From the NCBI GenBank assembly GCA_963827655.1, contig CAWHCF010000043.1:32001-96000 (forward strand): a stretch of 64,000 bases of DNA, given 5' to 3'. The DNA comes from an uncultured Acidobacteriota bacterium. GTDB lineage: Bacteria > Acidobacteriota > UBA6911. Shown one piece after another: positions 21,021 through 31,269 of the stretch; positions within the stretch are counted from its first letter, which is position 1, and every line of letters begins with the position of its first letter. Below the pieces are notes generated by a model that was not told the DNA's origin, did not search any database, and saw only the letters and a program-made list of their open reading frames with translations. The translations under genes were made by a program, and so were the position numbers.

Positions 21021-22804
21021 ATGACAAGGCGCGCAGGCTTCTTGGTGTGCGGTTTTCTTTTCCTGGGAACAATCGTTGCGGCCCAGACCCGGACCCAGTC
21101 TTCCAGTACCGAGCTTCCGAAAGTAGTCTTGATCGGAGACTCGATCCGGCTCGGCTATGCGCCTGTCGTCGCGAGGAGTCTGGCAGGCAGAGCCGTCGTG
21201 GTCAGTCCCGAACCCAACGGCGGCGACAGCGCCAATGTGCTGGCTAATCTTGAAGCATGGGTTGTGCGTGAGAATCCTGACGTCGTGCACCTCAACTGCG
21301 GCTTGCACGACCTGAAGGTTTCCAAGAAAACCAGGCAACACCAGGTAGAAATCAAAGAGTATGAGATCAACCTGAAACAGATCGTCGCGCGAATCCAGAA
21401 AGAGACCCGCGCGACGCTCGTGTTCGCCAACACCACTCCGATTATTGATGACCGGCATGCCAGGCGAGGAGCGGATTTCGACCGCTTTGAAACCGATGTC
21501 GTCCGATACAACGCGGTCGCCACGCGCGTGATGAAAGAGGCCGGCGTCCCGCTGCACGACCTGCACTGGGTTGTTGAAAAGGAGGGTTCTTCAGGACGCA
21601 GCCGGCGCTGATGCTGCCCGATGGCACTCACTTCAATGAAGCCGGGTACATTCGGCTGGGCGAAGCGGTGGCCGATTGTGTGTTGCGGCAGATAACCGTG
21701 CGCAAGTACCAGGCCCTTCCCTCCCCCCCTTCGGGACCGCAGGCGGGCGCGGATTACCGCAAGGCAGCTTCCGAGCGCGATCGACAGGTCCCCGGAGTCT
21801 ACAAGAACCTTGGCTTCGGGAGTTTCTCTCTTCCGAAGAGCGCCGCTGACTGGACCGAGGCGCGGCGCGAGACTCACAAGCTTGTTGTGCAATCCCTCGG
21901 CGATCTTCCGCCGCGGCCCGCGCCGCTTCAAGCAAAAGTAATTTCGCGCGAAGTGCGCCCCGGCTACACGCTCGAAAAAGTGGCGATTCCCAACGGCGTC
22001 GACAACATGGTTTCGGCGCTGCTCCTGATCCCCGACCGGCGCCTTCAGCCTGCCCCGGCGATCCTCTGGCTTCACTCGTCCACTCCGGACAAGACACAGA
22101 TCATTATCCCGAACACCAACGGCGGCCAGGAATCACTGGGTGAAGCCTTCGTTCGGGCGGGATATATCGTACTTTCTCCCGACGCATACTGGCATGGCGA
22201 CCGAGTCGGCACCGGGCCGGCCGGCCCCCTTGAGACGTCGCGCAGCGAGCAGGAAAGCCTCTTCAAGCTGAACCTGTGGCTCGGACGCACGCTCTGGGGA
22301 ATGTTTGTTCGCGACGATCAGATCGCCCTGGACTATCTCTGCAGCCGGCCGGAGGTGGACAGGAGCCGCATTGGCGCAACCGGCATGAGCATGGGGAGTA
22401 CCCGCGCCTGGTGGCTGGCGGCCGTGGATGACCGGGTTGCGGCGGCGGTGGGGGTCGCCTGCCTGACCCGCTACCAGAACCTGATCGCGCACGGCGATCT
22501 GCGCCAGCATGGGATTTATTATTTTGCCAACGGCTTGCTCAAGCATTTCGACTCCGAAGGGGTGCTCGCCCTCATAGCGCCGCGACCGTTTCTCGCCTTG
22601 ACGGGAGACCTCGACGCAGGCTCACCCGCCGATGGGATAAAGATGATCGAGGAAAAAGTGGCGAGCGTTTACGCTACGCTGGGAGCCGGGGAAAAATTCA
22701 GGAGCATCCTTTATCCCGACGTCGGCCACGTCTATACGCCGGAGATGCGGACTGAGATGCTGAAGTGGTTCGACCGCTGGCTGACCCCGGGCAATTCGAA
22801 GTAG
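21021..22804 (+). CDS. Secreted SGNH/GDSL hydrolase fused to alpha/beta (dienelactone/acetylxylan-type) hydrolase; frameshift about 21600
   Basis: IGDSI, NCGLHD in ORF1; the SGNH catalytic DGTH lies at the start of ORF2, then GMSMG nucleophile and GH motif. Confidence 0.85.
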
Positions 22805-22946
22805 TTTTCCTTGCCCGAGCGGGATATAGACGGCGGGCCGTACTCCCAAGTTGAAAATCCGTTTAGGCGTGACTGTTAGGCCGCCGATACAGTTTCATAA
22901 CTGGCGCTCTACGTACGCATTCAGAACATCCCCGGGGCTCGGCCGG

Positions 22947-25616
22947 TCATTTATTCAGCGCGGCGGGCCAGTTCAGGAACACCGTGGCCGGCTCGCCCGC
23001 CGCGCCCTCCGCCTCGCTGAGGATCAGAAACCGCTGCCCGTCGCCTGTGACGGCGTAGCCGGCGCCTGGGGCGCCCGTAAACACACGCGTCTGGAACAGG
23101 GGCCGGGGAATTTCCGCTTCGAAGCGGGTCCCGGCCTTGACCTCCACCGCCATCAGCTTGCGGTCCGGCGCCAGATAGAACAACTCCTTGCCGTCTCCGC
23201 GCCAGCGTGGCCCGACACCTCCACCTGTTGAGACCGGCCACTTCCCGCCGCTGGCCGGCTGGCCCGGCAAGAATTCTCGCACGTAGACCTCGTATCGCCC
23301 CGACTCGTTCGAGTCGTAGGCCACCCACTTCCCGTCGGGCGAGAACCGGCCGTTTCGCTCGTGAAACTCGGTGCGCAGAAAGGGCATCGGCTTCCGCCCG
23401 GCGTCTTTTGTCTCCGCAGTGAGCGGCAGCACCCACAGGTCCATTCGTGTCTTGGCATCCGATTCGCCGAAGAGAAGGAACCGCCCGTCCCGGGACCAGT
23501 CAGTTGGCCATTTGTCGGCCTGCGTCTTCAGCAGTGATTCATCCTCGCCTGTCCCGCTCGCGGCCTTTTGGTAGAGGTTCCAGGGGCCGTCCCGGGTTGA
23601 GTAGAAGGCGATCCGGCTGCCATCGGGCGACCAGACGGGAAAGCCTTCGATGGCGGGATGGAAAGTGAAGCGCGAGCTTGCGGCACGTGCGACATCGAAC
23701 AGCCAGATATCCGAGTCTCCGGTCTGGGGATCGCTGCGCATCGCCGCCACGCGCCGTCCGTCCGGCGACAGGTCGAGTTGCCAGTACGCGCCGAGCGCGC
23801 CCACGGTTTCCAGCCGCTTGCCGCCGTGGTCCATCCAAACAAGCTGGCGGTTGCCGCCGCCGCTGGAGTCATAGACCAGCACACCGCTCTCGGAGACCGA
23901 AAAGCGCGCGCGCCAGAAACCGGTCTCCACCCCCACCGGCTCGGCCACCGGAAAGGCCTCGCCGCTCAACTCGAGCTTGCCCGGATCGAACCGTTGGGCC
24001 ATCAGCGCGCGTTCGCGCAGGAACAGCAGATACCCGCGCCCCGTGGCCGGCCCGGCGAAGGCGGCACTGGAGTCCGTTGCCACCAGGCGCGTTTTCTTTG
24101 AATCCATCTCCTCCTTGGAATCAAGCGAGCCCAGGTAAATGCCCCAGTGTTCCCGCTGCTGGCTACTGACGATGAAATGCAGGAAGCGGCGGCCATCGGG
24201 CAAAAACTGCGGCCAGCGGTGGGAAGTCTCCTGGCGCGAGGCGTCAAGCTGGGTCACCGGCTTCGGCTCGCCCCCTGCCGCTGGCACCTGCAACAGGGCG
24301 CCTGAACTACTGGGCGCGAAGACGATCACCCCCTCCCGGCTCCAGGCGGCGCCGCGGCCGGTCGGCGCCCTGGCGAGCGTCTGGGGCGGCCCGCCCGAAG
24401 CTTCGATCTTCTGCAGCGTGCCGCCGGCGAAAAAGCCGATGGAGCGGCTGTCGGGTGACCAGAAGGGGTAGCTGGCGCCCTCGGTCCCGGCCAGCGTCTG
24501 GGCGGCCAGCGCATCCAGCGCGCGCACCCAGAGCTGCGTCTTGCCCGAGGCATCGGTGGCCGTGAAGGCTACCCGGCGGCCATCGGGGGAGACTGCGACG
24601 GCGCCCAAGGCCGTTTTCTCGGGCGGGAGCAGAGCGAACCTGGTCACTCGCTGCTCAGGAGGCGCTTGGCGGAAATGCACGATTGCTAGCACCAGCGCAA
24701 TCGCGGCGAACAGCGCGGCAACCAGCCACGGAATCGCGCGCGCACGTGCCGTTGCCGCCGGCATCGCTCGCTCCGCAGCGGCGGGCTGCTTGAGTTCCAG
24801 CAGCGCGTCGCCCGCATCGCGCAGCCGCTCGCGCGGGTCCTTTTGCAAGCAGCGCCGCAGCAGCGTGCGCACCGGGGCCGGCGTCACGGCCGGAAGCGCG
24901 CTCCACTCAGGCTCGTTCTTGACAACTGCGGCTAGGGTATCGGTGATGGTGTCGGCCCCGAAGGCCGGTTTCCCAGCCAGCATTTCGTAGAGCACGCAGC
25001 CGAAGGCCCAGATGTCGGTGCGCTTGTCCACCGGCTTGCCCCGCGCCTGCTCCGGCGACATGTAGGCCGCCGTGCCCAGAATCACCCCGGCGCGCGTGGC
25101 GTCCGCGCTGATGGTTTTCGACAGTTCCGCGTCGGAGCCTTCCGGCTCAAAGGCCTTGGCCAGGCCGAAGTCCAGCACTTTGACCGTACCTTCCGGCGTC
25201 AGCTCTATGTTGGCCGGCTTCAGGTCACGGTGGATGACGCCCTTCTCGTGCGCCGCCTCCAGCGCCTCGGCAATTTGTTTGGCCATCTCCACCGCTTCCT
25301 CCCCCGGCAGCGGCCCGCGCTTCAAACGCTCGGCCAGAGTCTCGCCCGCCACGTATTCCAGCACCAGGTAGCGCAGGCCGTCGGCCTCCTCCAGGTCATG
25401 GATCGCCGCGATGTTGGTGTGATTCAGCGAGGCGAGCAGCCGCGCTTCCCGCTCAAACCGGGCCAGCCGCCCCGCGTCCTGAGCAAAGGACTGGGGCAAA
25501 ACTTTTATCGCTACGTCGCGTCCGAGCGTCGTGTCCTGCGCCCGGTAGACGACACCCATGCCGCCCTCGCCGAGCTTCTCGACGATGCGGTAATGGCCGA
25601 GCGTCTGACCGATCAT
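22947..25616 (-). CDS. Ser/Thr protein kinase with TM helix and PD40/TolB-like beta-propeller
   Basis: MIGQTLGHY, GEGGMG, HRDLKPAN, DFG, YMSPEQ; repeated WSPDG; visibly GC-richer than flanks. Confidence 0.95.
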   Translation of the reverse strand: MIGQTLGHYRIVEKLGEGGMGVVYRAQDTTLGRDVAIKVLPQSFAQDAGRLARFEREARLLASLNHTNIAAIHDLEEADGLRYLVLEYVAGETLAERLKRGPLPGEEAVEMAKQIAEALEAAHEKGVIHRDLKPANIELTPEGTVKVLDFGLAKAFEPEGSDAELSKTISADATRAGVILGTAAYMSPEQARGKPVDKRTDIWAFGCVLYEMLAGKPAFGADTITDTLAAVVKNEPEWSALPAVTPAPVRTLLRRCLQKDPRERLRDAGDALLELKQPAAAERAMPAATARARAIPWLVAALFAAIALVLAIVHFRQAPPEQRVTRFALLPPEKTALGAVAVSPDGRRVAFTATDASGKTQLWVRALDALAAQTLAGTEGASYPFWSPDSRSIGFFAGGTLQKIEASGGPPQTLARAPTGRGAAWSREGVIVFAPSSSGALLQVPAAGGEPKPVTQLDASRQETSHRWPQFLPDGRRFLHFIVSSQQREHWGIYLGSLDSKEEMDSKKTRLVATDSSAAFAGPATGRGYLLFLRERALMAQRFDPGKLELSGEAFPVAEPVGVETGFWRARFSVSESGVLVYDSSGGGNRQLVWMDHGGKRLETVGALGAYWQLDLSPDGRRVAAMRSDPQTGDSDIWLFDVARAASSRFTFHPAIEGFPVWSPDGSRIAFYSTRDGPWNLYQKAASGTGEDESLLKTQADKWPTDWSRDGRFLLFGESDAKTRMDLWVLPLTAETKDAGRKPMPFLRTEFHERNGRFSPDGKWVAYDSNESGRYEVYVREFLPGQPASGGKWPVSTGGGVGPRWRGDGKELFYLAPDRKLMAVEVKAGTRFEAEIPRPLFQTRVFTGAPGAGYAVTGDGQRFLILSEAEGAAGEPATVFLNWPAALNK

Positions 25617-25627
25617 GCGATGCCCCC

Positions 25628-25668
25628 GTTTGGCGTGCCATGTTAGGCGCGCCAAACAGACAAGTCAA
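25628..25668 (-). promoter_or_regulatory. sigma70-like promoter (TTGACT-17-TAACAT) with a 12-bp inverted repeat centred on the -10 box
   Basis: GTTTGGCGTGCC-ATGTTA-GGCGCGCCAAAC at 25628-25657; -35 at 25663-25668. Confidence 0.65.
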
Positions 25669-25697
25669 CGCTCCGCCTCATCAGGCTCATCAGGTAC

Positions 25698-26089
25698 CCG
25701 ATGTGTATCCCGGATCCGAGCAAGCCTGACTTCGTCACCGATCTCATCCTCCCCAAGACGGTGTCGGAGGCGTCGGTCGAAAGCCGCTCGGCCTTCCTGA
25801 AGGCGGTCGATCGCCACTACCGCGCGCTCAACGAGAAGGCGGAGCATGCCGACCTCGACGCCTACATGCGCAAGCCTGGAAGATGATCCTGACGCCCGCG
25901 GTGCGCGATACCTTCGATCTGTCGAAGGAATCCGACAAGACCAAGGAGCAGTACGGCAAGGACTCTGTCGGATCGTCTCTTCTGCTCGCGCACCGCCTGG
26001 TTGAGGCGGGGAGCCGCTTCGTCACTGCCGCGGGCTTCCACAGCACCTCCTGGGATACGCACAGCGACAACGACCGCGGGCACCGCGAC
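25698..26089 (+). pseudogene. Internal fragment of a DUF1501 family gene
   Basis: AFDLSKE-like TFDLSKESDKTKEQYG, LLAHRLVEAGSRFVT, WDTHSDN; both termini absent and a frameshift at about 25875. Confidence 0.8.
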
Positions 26090-26119
26090 TGCAACTGCGA
26101 AGGTGCGAACCACGCTGAA

Positions 26120-27076
26120 TCAACCGCCGTTGCCCTGCTGGGCAATCAGCGCTTCGACCTCTGACAGGGTGGGCATTGCTTCCGAACACATCAACCGGTT
26201 CACTACAATGGCCGCAGCGGCGTTTCCGTAGCTGAGCGCCTGGGTCAGCGACATCCCCCTGAAAATCGCATAGAGAAAGCCTGAAGCGAACCCATCCCCC
26301 GCCCCGATAGTCGAGACTACCTCAACCGGATATGAAGGAAGAAAGACCGACTCCGCAGCATTGGTCGCGCGCGTTCCTTCCGAACCCATTTTGGCCACCA
26401 CCAGCGGAACACCCCGGTTCCGAAGCCTCGCGATGGCCTGGTCGACATCGTCTTCTTCGGCCACCATGCAGATTTCTTCCGGATTGGCGATCAGGATATC
26501 GATGAATGGAAGCGCCAGCCTCGCGTACAATCCCGCCTCTTCCGGGCCGGCCCAGGAGCTGGCACGAAAGTCTACATCGAACGCGATACGCACGCCCGCT
26601 GTGTGAGCCGATTCCAGCGCGCGATAGGTCGATTCCCGGGAAGGCGACGCGCACAGGCTGGTGCCGTTCGTGACGAAGAGCCGCGTCGACCCGATGAATT
26701 CCTGTTCCGGGCCGCCCACTTCCACCTGGGCGTCTGCGGGACGATCGCGATAGAAGACCTGAGGGAAATGATTCGGCGGCGAGACTTCAGTCAGGCAGAG
26801 GGAGGAAACGTAGCCCGCCTTGCGTTGAACGAATCGGGTATCGACTCCCTCGTGTTCGAGATACTCGATCAGGTAATCGCTCAGCGGATCTGTGCCGACG
26901 CAGCTGATGATTCCGACGCTGAGCCCAAGCCGGCGCAACCCCACCGCCATGTTTGCTGACGAGCCTCCCAGATAGCGCGAGAAGCGTCGCACGTCTTTGA
27001 GTGGAACATTGTGGTCTTCAGCGTAGAGATCGTAGCCGATTCTTCCCAGTATGCCGACATCCATGTCATTGGTCAT
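26120..27076 (-). CDS. iolC: 5-dehydro-2-deoxygluconokinase (PfkB family)
   Basis: GRIGYDLY, YLGGSSANMAVG, FYRDRPAD, DVDFR, GAGDGF, CSEAMPT; start may be 27064. Confidence 0.92.
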   Translation of the reverse strand: MTNDMDVGILGRIGYDLYAEDHNVPLKDVRRFSRYLGGSSANMAVGLRRLGLSVGIISCVGTDPLSDYLIEYLEHEGVDTRFVQRKAGYVSSLCLTEVSPPNHFPQVFYRDRPADAQVEVGGPEQEFIGSTRLFVTNGTSLCASPSRESTYRALESAHTAGVRIAFDVDFRASSWAGPEEAGLYARLALPFIDILIANPEEICMVAEEDDVDQAIARLRNRGVPLVVAKMGSEGTRATNAAESVFLPSYPVEVVSTIGAGDGFASGFLYAIFRGMSLTQALSYGNAAAAIVVNRLMCSEAMPTLSEVEALIAQQGNGG

Positions 27077-27232
27077 TGGTCATTGGTCTTAGTCATTTGT
27101 CATTGGTTCTGAGATGTCCAGAGACTGGCACTGCACGAGACGCGAGTCCGAGGTCCGAGTATGAATGATAAATGACCAATATGACAAATGACCAATGACA
27201 AATGACCAATCATGACCAATGACAAATGACTA
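27065..27232. repeat. Inverted heptamer arrays (CATTGGT)n ... (AATGAC(C/A))n
   Basis: GTCATTGGTCATTGGTCATTGGTC left arm, AATGACCAATGACAAATGACC right arm, about 55-bp spacer. Confidence 0.9.
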
Positions 27233-27310
27233 ACGAGCCGCTACCCTGGACCTCGCTAGAAGGTGAAACCGTCACCGGGAAGAAGCGAGGACAGCAAGAG
27301 GGAGGACCCG

Positions 27311-29737
27311 ATGGAATCTTTTGAGAAACTTGGCCTGTTTTATCTCGGGAAGCTGGTAAACCCCCAGTCCGGAACGCTTCAGAATGACTATCTCTTGTAC
27401 GACGCCAAGGACCTGGTGACACACGCGGTGTGCGTCGGTATGACCGGCAGCGGGAAGACCGGCTTGTGTCTTGGGCTGCTGGAGGAAGCCGCGATCGACA
27501 ACATCCCGGCAATCATCATTGACCCGAAGGGAGACCTGGGAAATCTATTGCTGGCGTTTCCAGACTTGAGGCCGGACGACTTTCGCCCTTGGGTCCAGGA
27601 AGACCAGGCAAGCAAAGCGGGCGTCTCTCTCGACGAGTACGCCGCCGCCGAAGCGGAGAAGTGGCGCAAGGGGCTCCAGGAGTGGGGACAGGACCCGCAG
27701 CGGATTCGCGCATTCAAGTCGGCCGCCGATTTTACCATTTACACACCGGGAAGCACCGCCGGTCTGCCGGTCTCGATCCTGAAATCCTTTGCCGCCCCTG
27801 CTCCGAACACCGATCTCGATCTGCTCAAAGATCGCATTCAAACGACCGCGTCAAGCCTGCTGGGCCTCGTCGGTATTCAAGCGGACCCGCTTCGCAGCCG
27901 AGAACACATCCTCATTGCCAGTGTCCTCGAACAGGCCTGGTCATCCGGCAAGGATCTGGACCTTCCTGCTTTGATACAGATGATCCAGAAACCTCCAATG
28001 CCGCGCATCGGTGTCTTTGACCTGGAAACATTCTACCCGGCGCAAGAACGTTTTCAGCTGGCATTGACGCTGAACAATCTGCTCGCGGCACCGGGCTTCG
28101 AGGCATGGATGGAAGGCGAGGGACTGGAAATCGATCGCATGCTGTACACAAAAGCGGGAAAGCCCAGAATGAGCATCTTTTCCATTGCGCACCTTTCCGA
28201 TGCCGAGCGAATGTTTTTTGTCACGATCCTGCTCAATCACGTGCTCGGCTGGATGCGCTCTCAACCCGGAACACCGAGCCTGCGCGCCATACTTTACATG
28301 GATGAGGTGTTCGGCTTTTTTCCTCCGGTTTCCGAGCCCCCTTCCAAGCGCCCCTTGCTCACCCTTCTGAAGCAGGCGCGGGCTTTCGGTCTTGGAGTCG
28401 TACTGGCAACTCAGAATCCCGTGGATCTGGACTATAAGGGCTTGTCGAATGCCGGTACCTGGTTCATCGGGAGATTGCAGACGGAGCGAGACAAGGACCG
28501 GCTGTTAGAAGGACTCGCAAGCGCCGCCGGCACAAGCGGAGCAGGATTCGAACCGCGCGCCCTGGCCGACTTGATATCGAAGCTCGGCCAGCGCGTTTTC
28601 TTGATGCAGAGCGTGCACGAAGAGCAGCCCACGATGTTCCAGACTCGCTGGGCGCTATCTTATTTGGCTGGACCGCTCACTCGCAGCCAGATCAAGCAAT
28701 TGATGCAGGACAGGAAACCGGTGAGTGAGCCTGCGATGCCGCAAGCCGTGCCCCAGGCTTCTGAGCCGGGGCCAGAGACATCCAAGGTCAGGCCGCAGCT
28801 ACCTCCCGAGGTTCGTCAGTTCTTTGCCGTCGCCCAGGCCCGGCCGGATTCCGAGGGGCAGCTGGCCTACCATCCCTTTCTTTATGCGTCTGCCAAAGTG
28901 CACATCATCAACAACAAGCTGGGAATCACGCACGCCCAGTCGCTGGCCCATGTAATCGAACTGCAGGAAGACATGAACGCCGCGCTTTGGTATCAAGCCC
29001 GGGAGCTGCCTGGGGAGCCGGACCAGCTTGGGCGTCAACCGTCGGAAGACGCGGCCTACCTTCCTCTCCCCGCGGCCTCCTTGCAGGGAAAACGCCTGGC
29101 AAGTCTGTCGAAGAGCTACATCGACTTTCTCTCCAAGCAGCATCAACTCACACTGTGGAAAAGCAATCTTTTTAAACATACCTCTCAGCCCGGGGAGCCG
29201 GAGAGGGATTTCCGTATCCGCCTGCAGCAACTGGCTCGCGAACGGCGGGATTTCGAGGTGGCACGTCTGCGCCAGCGCTTCGCCACCAAGATCGGCACGC
29301 TCCAGCGGCAATTAATGCGGGCCGAGCAACGCGTCGAACGGGAGCAGGAACAGTACGGCCAGCAGAAGGTGCAGACCGCCATATCGGTGGGCGCGACCCT
29401 GCTCGGGGCAGTATTCGGGCGGAAGACCACCAGCATCGCTAACCTCGGAAGAGCCACAACCGCGGCCCGCGGGGCGAGCCGGATTTCGCGGGAGAAAGAA
29501 GACATCGAGCGTGCTCAACAGCAGCAGCAAGCTACCCGGGCGCAATTGGATGCCATCGAGAAACAACTGAGCGAGGAGGCAGACCGGCTGGCGCAGACGT
29601 ATGATCCGCAGGCCGAAACTCTGCAAGAAGTGATCGTGCGTCCGGCGAAGGCAGACATCTTGTTACAGGATTTCGGATTGCTCTGGATCCCCTACTGGCA
29701 TTCCAAAGCAGGCAATCCCGAACCGCTCTACCGCTAA
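27311..29737 (+). CDS. HerA/FtsK-like P-loop ATPase (DUF87/DUF853-like) with C-terminal coiled coil
   Basis: [39 protein letters not shown]; GGAGG RBS. Confidence 0.88.
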   Translation: MESFEKLGLFYLGKLVNPQSGTLQNDYLLYDAKDLVTHAVCVGMTGSGKTGLCLGLLEEAAIDNIPAIIIDPKGDLGNLLLAFPDLRPDDFRPWVQEDQASKAGVSLDEYAAAEAEKWRKGLQEWGQDPQRIRAFKSAADFTIYTPGSTAGLPVSILKSFAAPAPNTDLDLLKDRIQTTASSLLGLVGIQADPLRSREHILIASVLEQAWSSGKDLDLPALIQMIQKPPMPRIGVFDLETFYPAQERFQLALTLNNLLAAPGFEAWMEGEGLEIDRMLYTKAGKPRMSIFSIAHLSDAERMFFVTILLNHVLGWMRSQPGTPSLRAILYMDEVFGFFPPVSEPPSKRPLLTLLKQARAFGLGVVLATQNPVDLDYKGLSNAGTWFIGRLQTERDKDRLLEGLASAAGTSGAGFEPRALADLISKLGQRVFLMQSVHEEQPTMFQTRWALSYLAGPLTRSQIKQLMQDRKPVSEPAMPQAVPQASEPGPETSKVRPQLPPEVRQFFAVAQARPDSEGQLAYHPFLYASAKVHIINNKLGITHAQSLAHVIELQEDMNAALWYQARELPGEPDQLGRQPSEDAAYLPLPAASLQGKRLASLSKSYIDFLSKQHQLTLWKSNLFKHTSQPGEPERDFRIRLQQLARERRDFEVARLRQRFATKIGTLQRQLMRAEQRVEREQEQYGQQKVQTAISVGATLLGAVFGRKTTSIANLGRATTAARGASRISREKEDIERAQQQQQATRAQLDAIEKQLSEEADRLAQTYDPQAETLQEVIVRPAKADILLQDFGLLWIPYWHSKAGNPEPLYR

Positions 29738-29841
29738 GGCGCAAAGACGCGAAGAATGGCCAGGAACCTGGTGAAAAGGACGTGGTATGTGCGCCGCAAC
29801 TGTGGTTAAATCGTTGTGATCCACCTATCCTCCTGGAGGTT

Positions 29842-31110
29842 ATGATGAGACGGTATCTGAAGCTGGGAGCCTTGGGGCTCGGAGCATCAGCGATTGCCCT
29901 GACCGGTACCGTGGCAGCCGGACCGGCAAATACAAAGGTCACCTTTACGAAGGATGTCGCTCCAATTCTCTTCAAGCGCTGCGTCGAATGCCATCGCCCC
30001 GGAGAAATTGCCCCGATGTCGCTTCTGAGCTACGAGCAGGCGCGCCCGTGGGCGAGATCGATCAAGGAGAAGGTGGTGGAGCGATCGATGCCTCCCTGGC
30101 TGGCCGATCCGCAGCATACCCATTTCGAGAACGACCGTCGGCTGCCTCAGAAAGAGATCGACACGCTCGTGGCCTGGGCAAACGCCGGCGCCCCCAAGGG
30201 CGACGACAAAGACCTCCCGCCTGCGCCGAAGTTCTCGGAAGGCTGGACGATCGGAAAGCCCGATCTGGTCCTGACCATGCAGGAGGAATTCGAAGTGCCG
30301 GCCGAAGGGGTAGTGCCCTACAAATACATGACCATCCCGACCAACTTTACCGAGGATAAGTGGATTCAAGCCCTGGAAATCCGTCCCGGGAATCGGAGTG
30401 TGGTCCATCACGTGATCGCCTCCGTTCAGGATCCCGGCGCCGGTCAGCCTCAGCGCAATCGAGACCCTCAGGCGTCCGGCGGCAGCGCCACGAACATCCA
30501 GAGGGGCCGCGAGAACTTCCTGGGCGGCATCGCACCCGGCGACTCGGCGGATGTCTTTCCACCGGGAACCGCCAAGCGCATTAAAGCAGGTTCAAACATC
30601 GTGCTTCAGATGCACTACACCACCAATGGCGTCCCGACCCGGGATCGAACCAGCGTCGGTTTTGTTTTCGCAAAGGAACCGGTGCACAAGACGATCGTGA
30701 CCGGCAACGCAGCCAACGCGCGCTTTGTGATTCCGCCCGGCGATCCCGGCCATGAGGTGACATCGAGCACCACGTTCGCCGAGGACGTTCACCTGATAAC
30801 TCTGATGCCGCACATGCACGTCCGCGGTAAGGACTTCCTGTATACGGCGATCTACCCTGATGGGCGGTCTGAGGTGATCCTGCGAGTCCCGCGCTACGAT
30901 TTCAACTGGCAGCTGACTTACAAGTTCGCCAAGCCGCTTTCCTTGCCAAAGGGTACCCGCATCGATTGCGTCGCTCACTTCGATAATTCCACCAATAACA
31001 AGTACAACCCCGATCCGACCCGCGAAGTGCGCTGGGGAGATCAAACCTGGGAAGAGATGATGATCGGGTGGTTTACTTATACGCGGGACGCGGAGCAGCT
31101 CGGAAATTGA
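29842..31110 (+). CDS. Cytochrome c-fused copper type II (PHM/DBH-like) monooxygenase homolog, copy 1
   Basis: Signal peptide, CVECH heme site, VVHH, QMHY, PHMH, YDFNWQ, EEMM copper-ligand motifs. Confidence 0.8.
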   Translation: MMRRYLKLGALGLGASAIALTGTVAAGPANTKVTFTKDVAPILFKRCVECHRPGEIAPMSLLSYEQARPWARSIKEKVVERSMPPWLADPQHTHFENDRRLPQKEIDTLVAWANAGAPKGDDKDLPPAPKFSEGWTIGKPDLVLTMQEEFEVPAEGVVPYKYMTIPTNFTEDKWIQALEIRPGNRSVVHHVIASVQDPGAGQPQRNRDPQASGGSATNIQRGRENFLGGIAPGDSADVFPPGTAKRIKAGSNIVLQMHYTTNGVPTRDRTSVGFVFAKEPVHKTIVTGNAANARFVIPPGDPGHEVTSSTTFAEDVHLITLMPHMHVRGKDFLYTAIYPDGRSEVILRVPRYDFNWQLTYKFAKPLSLPKGTRIDCVAHFDNSTNNKYNPDPTREVRWGDQTWEEMMIGWFTYTRDAEQLGN

Positions 31111-31252
31111 CGATTGACGATTGACGATTGACGGTGGAATAGTTACGATTTCATCGCAATTGACGATTTACGACTTGGGCAGATACTGACGATTTGACGA
31201 GTGGACTGACGAGGTCGGGAAATCGTCAATCGTAAATCGTCAATCGTCAATC
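31106..31252. repeat. Inverted GACGATT/AATCGTC heptamer arrays between the two monooxygenase genes
   Basis: TTGACGATTGACGATTGACGATTGACG ... AATCGTCAATCGTAAATCGTCAATCGTCAATC. Confidence 0.9.
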
Positions 31253-31269
31253 CAACTGAGGGGATTACC

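Noticed and set aside
25642-25648. GTTAGGC as an integron core site
   Set aside because: Better explained as part of the promoter -10 box and its inverted repeat
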